Origin: Elusimicrobiota bacterium
GTDB taxonomy: Bacteria; Elusimicrobiota; Elusimicrobia; F11
Direction: 5' to 3'
Length of the DNA: 64,000 bases
Assembly (NCBI GenBank): GCA_046153645.1
Contig: JBJXGI010000042.1
Location: 17,280 to 81,279 of the forward strand
Below the pieces are notes generated by a model that worked only from the letters and a program-made list of their open reading frames with translations, had not been told where the DNA came from and did no database searches. Position numbers and translations under genes: made by a program. Positions 1-10,151 of the stretch are shown piece by piece. Numbering within the stretch: position 1 is the first letter of the stretch; each line of letters opens with the position of its first letter.

Positions 1-2
1 AT

Positions 3-89
3 GAAATGGGAACGGAAGAATTTCTAGAGGCCTTAAGTTATGCTAAAAAATTTGTTGCTCTAATTAGAAAAGAAGTAAAAAATTCTTAA
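3..89 (+). CDS. C-terminal fragment (28 codons) of an unidentified gene running off the window start
   Basis: An open frame from position 3 ends with TAA at 87-89 (…EMGTEEFLEALSYAKKFVALIRKEVKNS*). I did not recognise a family. Confidence 0.3.
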   Translation, partial: EMGTEEFLEALSYAKKFVALIRKEVKNS

Positions 90-431
90 CTAAATAGCTT
101 GCCCCCCACTTTCTCCGGTGCGAATACGGATACATTCTTCCAGTGGAGTTACAAATATTTTTCCATCTCCAATTTTGCCATTCTCATGACGGGCCGCTTT
201 TACAATAGCATCGCAGGCCACTTTAACAAACTCATCATTGCAAGCAATGTCGAGTCTGACTTTGGGAATGAGATTTGGCGCAATAACTTGACCTCGGTAA
301 AGTTCTTCGTCAACTCCTCTCCCGTGTCCAGAAACCCGACTTACGGTAATACGTGAAATATCAGCGGCAATAAGCGCTTCTCGAACAGCATCCAAACGGT
401 CAGGTTGAATAATAGCTGTAATTAGTTTCAT
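90..431 (-). CDS. glnK: Nitrogen regulatory protein P-II (GlnK/GlnB family)
   Basis: The 113-aa product has typical PII length and motifs (MKLITAIIQP…, T-loop RGQV…, DAVREAL). It lies directly downstream of amtB on the same strand. Confidence 0.9.
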   Translation of the reverse strand: MKLITAIIQPDRLDAVREALIAADISRITVSRVSGHGRGVDEELYRGQVIAPNLIPKVRLDIACNDEFVKVACDAIVKAARHENGKIGDGKIFVTPLEECIRIRTGESGGQAI

Positions 432-441
432 GGGTTCCTCC

Positions 442-1764
442 TTAATTTGGGTTGATCAAGCCATATCCATGTTCACCATGGAGGCTATGATCCATTCCAG
501 CCATTTCTTCATTTTCGTCCATTTTAAAACCAACCGTCTTTTCAACCAAAATGACCAGGATAATTGTGGTTATAACTGAAAAGACAACCGTGATTCCAAC
601 AGCTGCGGCTTGAATACCAAGTTGTTGAAAAGCACTCCAACTGCCTCCGGCTTTTTCTGCAGCTTCAATCATCCAACTCTCTCGAATGAAGAACGATAAA
701 AAGAGAGCGCCCGCAATTCCAGCTGTTCCATGAATACCAAACACATCTAAACTATCGTCATAGCCAAGTTTGGTTTTAAGCATAATTGTGAAATAACAAA
801 TAATAGAAGCAATAAACCCAAGGATAAGCGCGCCCAAAGGCTGTACAACACCAGCGGCAGGAGTTATCACAACAAGGCCAGCCAAAATTCCAGAACAAAC
901 ACCAAGGCTTGTTGCTTTTTTATGATGTAAAGCTTCAATAATCATCCAAGTTAAAGCACCTGAAGCTGCGGCCACTTGAGTCACTGTAAGCGCTCGAGCG
1001 GTGTCCAAACTACTTGAAACGGAACTCCCCGCGTTAAACCCAAACCAACCAACCCATAACAAACCTGCGCCCATGAGTGTCATGACTAAATTGTTCGGAT
1101 GCATCGCAGTTTGAGGATATCCTCGCCTTTTTCCAAAATAAATTGACATAACCAAGGCGCTGATTCCCGCTGAAATATGAACCACGGTTCCACCCGCAAA
1201 ATCGATAGCACCTTTAGGTCCTAAGTTAAACAAAAACCCATCTGAGGCCCAAACCCAATGACAAAGTGGGTTATAAACGACAAGACTCCACAGAGCAATG
1301 AAAACGCAATACCCACGGAACTTCACTCGTTCCGCAAAAGCTCCTGCAATAAGAGCTGGAGTGATGATGGCAAACTTTCCCTGGAACATCGCAAAGACGT
1401 ACTCAGGAATACCCAAACTCATGATTGAATTATCGAGACCTTTAAGAAAAACATAATCGGAATTCCATCCAATAAAACCACCCAGAACATTGGGCCCAAA
1501 ACTCATCGAGTAACCACACACAACCCAAAGAACTCCAATAATAGCCATTGCGGCAAAACTGTGCATCATTGTTCCAATGACATTTTTTGTTCGGACAAGC
1601 CCGCCATAGAACATGGCAAGCCCTGGCACCATCAAAAGAACCAAAGCGGTGGAAGTCAGCATCCAAGCTTCAGCCCCTGAATCAATCGGCGTGGTTCCAT
1701 CTGATGCCTTTAAAATCACTGGCATCATCAAGACCGCCAATAGCAGTCTTAACTTCTTTTTCAT
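442..1764 (-). CDS. amtB: Ammonium transporter AmtB
   Basis: A 440-aa polytopic membrane protein with an N-terminal signal-like segment and Amt/MEP signature regions (…DFAGGTVVHISAG…, …GAIAERVKF…). It is operonic with glnK. Confidence 0.9.
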   Translation of the reverse strand: MKKKLRLLLAVLMMPVILKASDGTTPIDSGAEAWMLTSTALVLLMVPGLAMFYGGLVRTKNVIGTMMHSFAAMAIIGVLWVVCGYSMSFGPNVLGGFIGWNSDYVFLKGLDNSIMSLGIPEYVFAMFQGKFAIITPALIAGAFAERVKFRGYCVFIALWSLVVYNPLCHWVWASDGFLFNLGPKGAIDFAGGTVVHISAGISALVMSIYFGKRRGYPQTAMHPNNLVMTLMGAGLLWVGWFGFNAGSSVSSSLDTARALTVTQVAAASGALTWMIIEALHHKKATSLGVCSGILAGLVVITPAAGVVQPLGALILGFIASIICYFTIMLKTKLGYDDSLDVFGIHGTAGIAGALFLSFFIRESWMIEAAEKAGGSWSAFQQLGIQAAAVGITVVFSVITTIILVILVEKTVGFKMDENEEMAGMDHSLHGEHGYGLINPN

Positions 1765-1895
1765 ACATCCCCCCGGAAACGTATTTTATTGAGCACTTTT
1801 ACTCAATAATTATGTTTTTACTTAAAAAATCATAACATCTAGAAAAAATTTCTGAAATTGAGGCCGTAATTTAGCAATCTCTCTTAACAAATACA

Positions 1896-2300
1896 ATGAG
1901 TTCATTTTTCATATTTTTATTGGTCTTAGGGATCGTCACTTTCGTTGTATCGATTGTGATGGCAGCGCTTATTCCATTTTGGGGCATCATTGACTGTGCC
2001 ATTTCAGAAGAAGAAACCAAACAAAATAAAATTCTCTGGTTGTTGCTTATGTTATTAACTTGGTGGATAGGTGGACTAATTTATGGAATCTTTGGGACAA
2101 AAACTCCAAATTTAAAAAAAACCGCATGGGGAAGCATTTCTCTTTTTTTTGCCGGGCTCATTATTCTTGGTTCTACACTCTTTTTTATTCCTCAACTAAA
2201 GTTCCAGTTTCTAGAGAAATTAAAAAATAAGTTTCAAAGCTCCCCCAAGGCGGTAATAACAATAAACACACCGCCTCTTCCAACTCCAACTAAAAACTAA
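1896..2300 (+). CDS. Small membrane protein with a PLDc_N-like (cardiolipin-synthase N-terminal-like) motif
   Basis: The 134-aa product has 3-4 hydrophobic helices and the motif KILWLLLMLLTWWIGGLIYGIFG, which resembles PLDc_N (PF13396). Its stop overlaps typA by 4 nt (convergent). Confidence 0.4.
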   Translation: MSSFFIFLLVLGIVTFVVSIVMAALIPFWGIIDCAISEEETKQNKILWLLLMLLTWWIGGLIYGIFGTKTPNLKKTAWGSISLFFAGLIILGSTLFFIPQLKFQFLEKLKNKFQSSPKAVITINTPPLPTPTKN

Positions 2301-4114
2301 TTTTCTGAACGTTTTCTCATCGTCCGATCGAGTATTTTTTTACGAATTCGAATATTTTTAGGCGTCACTTCAACCAATTCGTCAATTTCAATAAATTCAA
2401 TTGACTGCTCTAAAGAAAGAACCCGTGGAGGAGTCAGCATAATCGCATCATCAGAACCAGAAGCTCTCATATTGGACAATGCCTTTTTCTTACAAGGGTT
2501 CACTATCATTGAGGTATCGCGCGCGCTTTCACCAATAACCATCCCATCATAAACAGGCGTATTAGGCCCAACAAAAAGAGAACCACGCTCCTGTAATCCT
2601 TCCAACGCGTAACCAGTTGTAATTCCATTTTCTTGCGCAATAAGCACACCTTTTAATCGTGTTCGTTCCCCTTTGGTCTTGGGAATATAATCGTAAAAAC
2701 TATGATGCATAAGGCCACTTCCACGAGTGAGTGTTAAGAATTCAGACTTAAAACCAATAAGAGCGCGAGCGGAAATCACATACTCTAATCGAACACGATT
2801 TCCTTCAAGTTGCATATTCTTTAATTCCGAACCACGAGATCCCAAACACTCTAACGTCACACCTTGATAAGTGTCTTCAACATCGATAACAAGAAACTCA
2901 GCCGGTTCTTTTTTAATGCCGTCAATCATTTTGTCGATAACTTCAGGCTTAGAAACAGCCAATTCATACCCTTCCCGTCGCATGGTTTCAATCAAGATCG
3001 ATAAATGAAGTTCTCCACGACCCGCCACACGAAATGTCCCTGAGTCACCATTTTCTTCAATGCGAAGACCAACGTTAATCTCTTGCTCATGCATCAACCG
3101 TTCTCGTAAATGACGAGAGGTTAAAAATTCGCCGTCTTGTCCAGCGAAAGGACTGTCGTTGACCATAAAATCCATGGCCAGAGTGGGTTCATCGATTAAC
3201 ATCGGTGGAAGTGCTTCAGGATTTTCAAGGGAAGCAATGGTGTCGCCCACATGAACTTCTTCAACCCCAGAAACCGCCACAATATCCCCCGCGAGCGCTT
3301 CTTCAATTTCAATTTGTTTTAGACCCGAATATTTCAAAATTTTTGTAGCTCGATAAACTTTTTTCTTTCCTGTGCTATCAATAAGTGTGACTTGTTGATT
3401 TTTTTTCATGCTCCCAGCAAAGATTCGACCAATAGCAATTCGTCCTACGAAGTTGTCATAACCTAAAATGGTAACTAACATTTGTAGTGGCTTTTCAAAG
3501 TCCGAAGTAGGCCCAGGAACATGTTTTACAATGGTATCGAAGAGCGCTTTAAGGTCGCTGGCTTTATTTTCTAAATGCAGGGTCGCCCACCCATCTCGAC
3601 CAGAAGCATAAACAGTAGGGAAATCGAGCTGACCATCAGAAGCACCCAAATCCATGAAGAGTTGAAAGGTTTTATCTAGCGCTTCGTGTGGCTTTGCACC
3701 GGCGCGGTCCACTTTATTAACGACAACGATAGGAGATAAACCCAATTCCAGAGATTTCTTGAGCACAAAACGAGTTTGTGGCATAGGTCCATCATAAGCA
3801 TCGATGAGCAACAATACACCATCTACCATTTTAAGGATTCGTTCTACTTCCCCACCAAAGTCGGCGTGACCGGGAGTATCAACGATATTAATCGTGCATC
3901 CATCAAAAACGACAGATGTATTTTTCGCAAGAATGGTAATACCGCGTTCACGTTCTAAATCATTTGAGTCCATAACAGTTTCTTGCGCTTCATCTGCTTT
4001 AACTTTGAACTCGCCCGTTTGTTTTAACATGGCATCAACCAAGGTTGTTTTTCCATGGTCAACGTGGGCAATAATGGCAATATTTCTTACATCGTGTCTT
4101 CTATTAGTAGTCAT
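2297..4114 (-). CDS. typA: Translational GTPase TypA/BipA
   Basis: The product has the G-domain motifs [14 protein letters not shown] and NKVD plus the TypA-specific C-terminal domain. The ORF-track frame extends to 4207, but the conserved N-terminus ([24 protein letters not shown]) starts at the ATG at 4112-4114. Confidence 0.9.
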   Translation of the reverse strand: MTTNRRHDVRNIAIIAHVDHGKTTLVDAMLKQTGEFKVKADEAQETVMDSNDLERERGITILAKNTSVVFDGCTINIVDTPGHADFGGEVERILKMVDGVLLLIDAYDGPMPQTRFVLKKSLELGLSPIVVVNKVDRAGAKPHEALDKTFQLFMDLGASDGQLDFPTVYASGRDGWATLHLENKASDLKALFDTIVKHVPGPTSDFEKPLQMLVTILGYDNFVGRIAIGRIFAGSMKKNQQVTLIDSTGKKKVYRATKILKYSGLKQIEIEEALAGDIVAVSGVEEVHVGDTIASLENPEALPPMLIDEPTLAMDFMVNDSPFAGQDGEFLTSRHLRERLMHEQEINVGLRIEENGDSGTFRVAGRGELHLSILIETMRREGYELAVSKPEVIDKMIDGIKKEPAEFLVIDVEDTYQGVTLECLGSRGSELKNMQLEGNRVRLEYVISARALIGFKSEFLTLTRGSGLMHHSFYDYIPKTKGERTRLKGVLIAQENGITTGYALEGLQERGSLFVGPNTPVYDGMVIGESARDTSMIVNPCKKKALSNMRASGSDDAIMLTPPRVLSLEQSIEFIEIDELVEVTPKNIRIRKKILDRTMRKRSEN

Positions 4115-4133
4115 TGGATTTATTTCTTCTTTT

Positions 4134-4778
4134 TTAGGATGAGAGTGTTTTACGAACTTTGTGTCTGAGCCATAAAATGAGTCCCATGGTGCCAGCGACA
4201 ATAGCAACTGATGACAGTGACTCCATATGATTAATACTCATGGCTAAACCTTGGAAAGAATCTCGTGTTAAATAACCTAAATATCCGAGAATTAAACATC
4301 TGGGAATAGAACCGAGAAAAGTCCACAAGGTAAATTGTATAAAGGGAACTCGCAAAACGCCCGCAGCAGCCGAGATGAGAGAAAGCGGAACAATCGGCAA
4401 CGCTCGAAGTAAAAAAATCATCAGACTCATCCTGTTTGTCAGTTTACCTTCTAGTTTAATTAAATTATCCCAGGTAAAACCTAAAAACCCTGAGAATTTA
4501 TCAATCACAGGTTTTCCGCCATAATAAGCAATAAAAAAAGTGAAATAAGCGCCAATGGTCGATGCCACCGCACCAGGCAGAACAATTTTTAAAAAAATAG
4601 GGCCAAAAGCTTGAACGAAACTTAAACCTGAGTCAATGAGTAGTGCACCAGCCCCCATAATGATGAGTGGGGATGGAATCGGAATAATAACAGACTCAAT
4701 AATAACCCCAACAAAAACCGTTATCGGGCCATGCGTCTTTAAGGCTTCCATGATGTGAAAAGTAATTTGGCTGAACAT
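4134..4778 (-). CDS. DedA/TVP38/SNARE-associated family membrane protein
   Basis: The 214-aa product has a DedA-type core (…IESVIIPIPSPLIIMGAGALL…, GYLGYLTRD) and multiple TM helices. Confidence 0.75.
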   Translation of the reverse strand: MFSQITFHIMEALKTHGPITVFVGVIIESVIIPIPSPLIIMGAGALLIDSGLSFVQAFGPIFLKIVLPGAVASTIGAYFTFFIAYYGGKPVIDKFSGFLGFTWDNLIKLEGKLTNRMSLMIFLLRALPIVPLSLISAAAGVLRVPFIQFTLWTFLGSIPRCLILGYLGYLTRDSFQGLAMSINHMESLSSVAIVAGTMGLILWLRHKVRKTLSS

Positions 4779-4835
4779 ATCAATTAAGAGACACGTGTTT
4801 TAGCAATCTTTGAGACGAAGGAGAAATGATTTCTA

Positions 4836-5279
4836 TCAAATACCAAACAATAAAATAAAACCAAATAAAGAAAGCATCCAATAATCTAAAGGGAAACCCA
4901 AAAACCAACGCTTATGCCACCATACATTTTCCCGATTAAACTTTTTCCAACCATAATGTGGATTAAGAACAAACCATAAAAAATCCTCGGACACCCAAAA
5001 CAAATCATAAGCTCCAATCACGTTCAGTTCTTGCCTAACACTCCAATACCCATTCCAAACAAAAGGGAGATGGAACATTCCAAAAACAAAAGTAAATGCC
5101 CACACATGGTATCCTGTTAAAGGTCGCCCTCCGTATAACCAATCTAACAACGGATGTTTTTCAACTCTCCAAGTTGGCAAATTTGCGGCCCATCCATCTT
5201 TCCCTTCAATTTCAATTTCCATTTTTGCCCAAACAAATGAAGCGAAAAATATAAACAAAATATATGAAATAGTAGTCAT
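4836..5279 (-). CDS. Hypothetical Trp/aromatic-rich small membrane protein
   Basis: The 147-aa product has N- and C-terminal TM helices and very high W/F/Y content. Its start overlaps the stop of the upstream glycosyltransferase gene by 4 nt (translational coupling). I did not recognise a family. Confidence 0.45.
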   Translation of the reverse strand: MTTISYILFIFFASFVWAKMEIEIEGKDGWAANLPTWRVEKHPLLDWLYGGRPLTGYHVWAFTFVFGMFHLPFVWNGYWSVRQELNVIGAYDLFWVSEDFLWFVLNPHYGWKKFNRENVWWHKRWFLGFPLDYWMLSLFGFILLFGI

Positions 5280-6415
5280 TTAATTTTAATTCCTTTTTGA
5301 ATATGACTTACAACGCTTTTGGCAATTTCAAAAGCGGCTTGAGGTCGTGATAGTTTAAGCGCCTGTTCTTTATAATGAGCTAGCGTATCAGGAGAGGTCA
5401 GCAGCTTTTTTATTTCATTAACCATATCCTCTATATTAAAAACGGAAAGCCCCGCATGGTTTAATTGAATATATTCAACATTCTTTTCTTCTTGACCCGG
5501 AATAGCCGATATCATAAGGATCATAGCGCCTTTACTCAAACTTTCTGAAAGAGTCAACCCCCCTGGCTTGGTCACAACAATATCAGCAACTGTTAAAAGC
5601 TCATCCATATTATTGACAAAACCCAAACTGATTAATTTTGAAGGCGCTGGGATTTTTAGTTGGTCAATTTTCTTTTTCATCACAACATTTTTTCCCGAGA
5701 CAGTAATAATTTGAATGGGAATTTTTAAATTAATGACTTGCCGCACCATCTGTTCAAGTGAAATGAAACCTTCTCCTCCTGAGAGAAGAAGAAGGACGGG
5801 GATGTTTTCTTTCATCTCTAGTTGATGGAAAATATCACTCTTAACAACTTGCTTTAAAAACTGTTGCGAAATCGGGATTCCCGTGACAGATATTCGCGCA
5901 GGTTCAACTCCCAAATTCAACAATTTCCCCACAATCCCAGGCTGAGCAACAAAATACCTATCTACGATAGGATGTACCCAACTTGGATGTAAATCGAAGT
6001 CAGTAATAACTGTTTGAATCGAAATACCTAAAATAGAATGAGCCTTTTTAATAGAAAGAATTTGGGGGATAAAAAAGTGTGTGCTTAAAACCAAATCGGG
6101 CTTGTAGTTATCTATAAAATGAAAAAAACGAGCGGAGTTCCACTGTTGAATAGCACGAATGAACTTAGAGTTTTTCCCCTTAAGATTTCTTTTCTCAGTA
6201 ACTTCATAAATTTTCCCCCAAAAACGGGGGACATTTTTGACAATTAATGAATATCCCGCTTCATACGCTTTTCGAAAAGAAGGGGTCACATAATCCATTG
6301 CATTGACATGTTTGACCTCAACTTTGGGATAAAATTTTATAAATGCCTCTTGAATGGCTTCCGCGGCTTTAACATGCCCAGCGCCAGTGGACACAGAGGT
6401 TAAAAGCACTCTCAT
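5276..6415 (-). CDS. MGDG-synthase-like / UgtP-like diacylglycerol glycosyltransferase (GT28 family)
   Basis: The N-terminus MRVLLTSVSTGAGHVKAAEAIQEAF resembles the MGDG_synth domain. The C-terminal half is a GT28 Rossmann-like domain (…TKPGGLTLSESL…). Confidence 0.65.
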   Translation of the reverse strand: MRVLLTSVSTGAGHVKAAEAIQEAFIKFYPKVEVKHVNAMDYVTPSFRKAYEAGYSLIVKNVPRFWGKIYEVTEKRNLKGKNSKFIRAIQQWNSARFFHFIDNYKPDLVLSTHFFIPQILSIKKAHSILGISIQTVITDFDLHPSWVHPIVDRYFVAQPGIVGKLLNLGVEPARISVTGIPISQQFLKQVVKSDIFHQLEMKENIPVLLLLSGGEGFISLEQMVRQVINLKIPIQIITVSGKNVVMKKKIDQLKIPAPSKLISLGFVNNMDELLTVADIVVTKPGGLTLSESLSKGAMILMISAIPGQEEKNVEYIQLNHAGLSVFNIEDMVNEIKKLLTSPDTLAHYKEQALKLSRPQAAFEIAKSVVSHIQKGIKIK

Positions 6416-6550
6416 GAATAAAAAAGAAGGGACTGAGAGTGAGAGGATCTTTTAAAAAGTCGATGAAATATGTGTGCTAATAAAAACAGGAGAGGAATAC
6501 CAGCAATAAAAATAAAAGTCAAAACGATTTTGAAGATTAAATTCATACAT

Positions 6551-7369
6551 TCAAATGGGTATTTTTAATACCGGAGAAGGAAAAGAGACTAATGTCGAGG
6601 GAGCAAACTCTTCATTTCCAACACTCGCCCATTGTACGAGTTCTAATTTTCCATCAAAATGTTCGACCAATGCCGTACAACTTTCAACCCAATCACCATC
6701 ATTGCAATAAAGAATACCATCAATGGTTTTGATTTCAGCCTTATGAATGTGTCCACAAATAATTCCATCAACACCTTGTTGTTTGGCAGAGTCGGCAACA
6801 GTCTGCTCATAGGTAGACATAAAACTAACGGCATTTTTCACTTTTGATTTCAGATAAGCCGAAATAGACCAATAATCGAAACCTAAAAACCGGCGGATAA
6901 CGTTAAACCAATGGTTCAAAGTAAGTGCAATTTCATAAGCATGATCACCCAATTTAACAAGCCACCGGGCATGTTGCATGACCCCATCGAACTGATCCCC
7001 ATGCATGACCAAAAATTTTCTACCATCGGCCATTTTATGAACCATTTTTGAGGACATAGAAATCTCTCCAAATCGAATGTTTCCAAAGTGTCTTAAAAAT
7101 TCATCATGATTTCCCGGAACATAAAATACTTTTGTTCCCTTACGCGCTTTTCGAAGAATTTTTTGAATAACATCATTATGGCTTTGTGTCCAATACCAAG
7201 AACTTTTTAGTTGCCATCCGTCAATGATATCACCGACGAGATACAAATATCTTGATTCGTTATATTTGAAAAAATCCAGGAGAAAATCGGCCTTGGAATT
7301 GCGGGTTCCCAAATGAATATCAGAAATCCAAATGGTTCTATATTGTTTGACAGTTATTTCTTCAGCCAT
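6551..7369 (-). CDS. LpxH-family calcineurin-like metallophosphoesterase (UDP-2,3-diacylglucosamine diphosphatase-like)
   Basis: Metal-binding motifs are present in the expected order: ISDIHLG (DxH), LVGDIIDGW (GD), VPGNHDEF (GNHD/E). Confidence 0.65.
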   Translation of the reverse strand: MAEEITVKQYRTIWISDIHLGTRNSKADFLLDFFKYNESRYLYLVGDIIDGWQLKSSWYWTQSHNDVIQKILRKARKGTKVFYVPGNHDEFLRHFGNIRFGEISMSSKMVHKMADGRKFLVMHGDQFDGVMQHARWLVKLGDHAYEIALTLNHWFNVIRRFLGFDYWSISAYLKSKVKNAVSFMSTYEQTVADSAKQQGVDGIICGHIHKAEIKTIDGILYCNDGDWVESCTALVEHFDGKLELVQWASVGNEEFAPSTLVSFPSPVLKIPI

Positions 7370-7454
7370 ACAAAATACAGCATAATGGCAAAAAGGGAAA
7401 TATCCTATCTTCTGAGGGTAAAATGAATATTACAACTGCGTGACAATCAACAAA

Positions 7455-8873
7455 TTATGGCCAGGTGTACTTAACGGTATAAGCGAGGGTAGCCTCTCCG
7501 TCTTTTTTGACAGGTATTTGAAACTCCATGGTCTGCGACTCTTTTTTGTCCCATTTGTGAGAAGCATCTAAAATCTTCCATTCATTCCAACGATATAAAT
7601 GTTCCACCACTGTAACAACCACATCCGATGCTTTGTGATTGCGCAATTTAATTTCAAATGATTCTGTAGAACTCTTTTTATCGGTAACAAAATTTGTACG
7701 TTTTCTTTCTCCTACCACATCAAAAGCATTTCCCATTTTAATTCTAACGCGCTCATCTTTAGCGGTGTGGTCAATCCAGTCTTCGCCAATAAACTCAACA
7801 GATCCATCTGTATCTTTTTTATAAACCCTGACTCGTCCTTTGGGAAGTGGCAACCCCAAATTATTCTCCTTGGAATTTTTAAATTCTAATACAACAAAAA
7901 CCTTGGTATCGGATCCTGTACCATAATTAAAATCACTTCGACGATATTCATCGTAACCACCATACCAGCCTTGAGAACCATCGTAAACAAATATTTTTTT
8001 AAGAGGCACATGAGCGGCTGAAGCCATTTCGATTTGTTTTATTTCATTTTGTTTTAGGGTAACAGGCCGTTGCAAAGTATAAAGGTGATATTCAAAAAAA
8101 GATTTCTCAGAAAATTGAGGAGCGGCGGATTCCATAACAGCATCTGCCATCATCACGTTTCTTTTTGTCTGGTGAGACCGCTCTAAGTTTTGAACCCTGT
8201 TCACATCACCAGCAACAAGTTTTAGTTTGGCTTCATTAAAAGATGCCCCTGAATTATTTGTAATGGTCACCCAGGCATTTAAGTCCATTTTATCGTCATT
8301 GGTATTGCTGACCAATACATAATCAGAAGACCATCCCATTCCTGAAGTTAAATAACTCAATTCACAATTCTGTTCTCCTGCTTTTTTTGCATGAACTTGC
8401 CAAAGCAACGTGGGCTTGGTTAATAATCCCTCTGGGAGTTCAGGAAGAATGGGGTTTCCTGGCGGATTCAAATATATTTTCTTTCCGACCTGCAGTACTT
8501 TTCCTCCATTTTTTGAGAGAAGGATTCCCTTCATTAATTCGCGGCGATCGCCATTAACCCCTGTGAACCGTTCCAGCTCAATTTCCTGGCCTAAATATTT
8601 CTCCAGAATTTTTTCTTGATTGATTAAATCGTATTGAAAATTTTGTTCGATAACAGAAACAGAGTCAGGATCAACAAGAGATTTAAAATGAACTGAAGTA
8701 GGATCAATATGAGAGGGAACATCGCTCACCACTATCTCATTTTGACCTGATCTAAAATTAAATTTTCTCAATTCCCGAACAAGACCGAGATTATCGTTAT
8801 AAATGGTGACATCAGCTGAGAAAAGAAAACCTATAAAACTAAAAGATAGTAAACCGAATAGTAATTTTTTCAT
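7455..8873 (-). CDS. Secreted hypothetical protein (possibly DUF4139/DUF4140-type)
   Basis: The 472-aa product has an N-terminal signal peptide (MKKLLFGLLSFSFIGFLFSA). The family assignment is from length and general resemblance only. Confidence 0.35.
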   Translation of the reverse strand: MKKLLFGLLSFSFIGFLFSADVTIYNDNLGLVRELRKFNFRSGQNEIVVSDVPSHIDPTSVHFKSLVDPDSVSVIEQNFQYDLINQEKILEKYLGQEIELERFTGVNGDRRELMKGILLSKNGGKVLQVGKKIYLNPPGNPILPELPEGLLTKPTLLWQVHAKKAGEQNCELSYLTSGMGWSSDYVLVSNTNDDKMDLNAWVTITNNSGASFNEAKLKLVAGDVNRVQNLERSHQTKRNVMMADAVMESAAPQFSEKSFFEYHLYTLQRPVTLKQNEIKQIEMASAAHVPLKKIFVYDGSQGWYGGYDEYRRSDFNYGTGSDTKVFVVLEFKNSKENNLGLPLPKGRVRVYKKDTDGSVEFIGEDWIDHTAKDERVRIKMGNAFDVVGERKRTNFVTDKKSSTESFEIKLRNHKASDVVVTVVEHLYRWNEWKILDASHKWDKKESQTMEFQIPVKKDGEATLAYTVKYTWP

Positions 8874-8882
8874 GTGTTTCTC

Positions 8883-9467
8883 CTAAGGGTAAAGCAACAA
8901 TTCTTTCCAATCACCTTTACTAAATTCATAAAGTTTTCGCTCGTGAAGCCGAAATGGTTTCATCGTCCAAAATTCCATGCGTATTGGCTTTAAACAAAAT
9001 CCACCCCAATAATCCGGCCGCGGAATAGGTTTGCCCAAGAATTTCATTTTTAATTTCAGGATTTCTGAGACAAATTGAGAGCGGCTTTGAAGTGATCTTG
9101 ACTGTTTCGATGCCCACGCCCCAATTTGACTATTGATGGGTCTTGACTGAAAATACTCATCTGATTCTTGGCTACTGATTTCTTTGACGACCCCTTCAAC
9201 AATGACTTGCTTTTCAAGCGGTTGCCAATAAAAACACATGGCCGCGTATGGATTCTCTTTTAACTGAGATCCTTTTCGACTTTCTTTATTTGTAAAAAAT
9301 ATAAAACCGTTCTCATCAAATGATTTTAATAAAACAGTTCTAATACTGGGTTTGGCTTGAGAAGAACAAGTGGAAAGAGTTACTGCCGTGGGTTCTTTCA
9401 AACCACACTTCTGGGCTTTGGAATATATATCTTTAAATTTTTTAACCAGTTGGGGTGTCAACATCAT
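8883..9467 (-). CDS. pdxH: Pyridoxamine 5'-phosphate oxidase
   Basis: The 194-aa product has the PNPOx fold signatures (…PSIRTVLLKSFDENGFIFFTN…, C-terminal …WGGFCLKPIRMEFW… LHER). Confidence 0.85.
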   Translation of the reverse strand: MMLTPQLVKKFKDIYSKAQKCGLKEPTAVTLSTCSSQAKPSIRTVLLKSFDENGFIFFTNKESRKGSQLKENPYAAMCFYWQPLEKQVIVEGVVKEISSQESDEYFQSRPINSQIGAWASKQSRSLQSRSQFVSEILKLKMKFLGKPIPRPDYWGGFCLKPIRMEFWTMKPFRLHERKLYEFSKGDWKELLLYP

Positions 9468-9562
9468 TAAATTACCAGAAACAGGATGAAACCTCCGTCA
9501 TCCCTCGACAAAAACAATTGAACGCTACGGGGATGACGGATTTTCATCACAAATGCGAAACT

Positions 9563-10066
9563 TTAGTTTTTGAGCGCGCCTATAGCGTTAACATAATTCG
9601 GCTCTTGGGCGATTTCTGGAACTTGTTCTGAATACTTCACATTCCCTGTTTCGTCAATAACAACCACAGCTCGAGAAAGAAGACCGGCAAGAGCACCTTC
9701 AGCGATTCTCACGCCATAAGTATCACCAAAACTTCTATTCCTTAATTCAGATGTAGAAATAACGTTTTTGATGCCTTCAGCGCCGCAAAAACGATTATGC
9801 GCAAATGGCAAATCAACAGAAACACATACAACAACAGTGTTGGCTAATTTTGAAGCTTCTTCATTGAATTTACGAACAGATGTTTGACACACAGGGGTAT
9901 CAATGCTCGGGAAAATATTAAGAACGACTTTTTTACCTGAGAAATCTTTCAACGAAACATCTGAAAGATCAGTTTTGGTTAACACAAAATCAGGAGCTTT
10001 ACTCCCAACTTTGGGAAGGTCTCCTTTGGTATTAAGTGGGTTTCCTTTGAATGTAATTTTTGCCAT
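9563..10066 (-). CDS. tpx: Thiol peroxidase (Tpx, atypical 2-Cys peroxiredoxin)
   Basis: The catalytic region is …[12 protein letters not shown]…. The likely start is the ATG preceded by AGGAGG (MAKITFKG…); the ORF track begins 21 codons upstream. Confidence 0.85.
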   Translation of the reverse strand: MAKITFKGNPLNTKGDLPKVGSKAPDFVLTKTDLSDVSLKDFSGKKVVLNIFPSIDTPVCQTSVRKFNEEASKLANTVVVCVSVDLPFAHNRFCGAEGIKNVISTSELRNRSFGDTYGVRIAEGALAGLLSRAVVVIDETGNVKYSEQVPEIAQEPNYVNAIGALKN

Positions 10067-10151
10067 AAATCCTCCTAAAGATTTTATAGTTGTAAGTAAG
10101 TTAAAGACATTATGCGAAAAAAAGTTCACACTTTGTTAAACTCATTTTTAT

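Noticed and set aside
99-356. 85-aa plus-strand ORF antisense to glnK
   Set aside because: It lies entirely within the well-supported glnK gene on the opposite strand. It has no motif and is probably a random antisense frame.
1442-1666. 74-aa Cys/Trp-rich ORF inside amtB (same strand, different frame)
   Set aside because: It is embedded in a confidently identified transporter gene and is an out-of-frame artefact.
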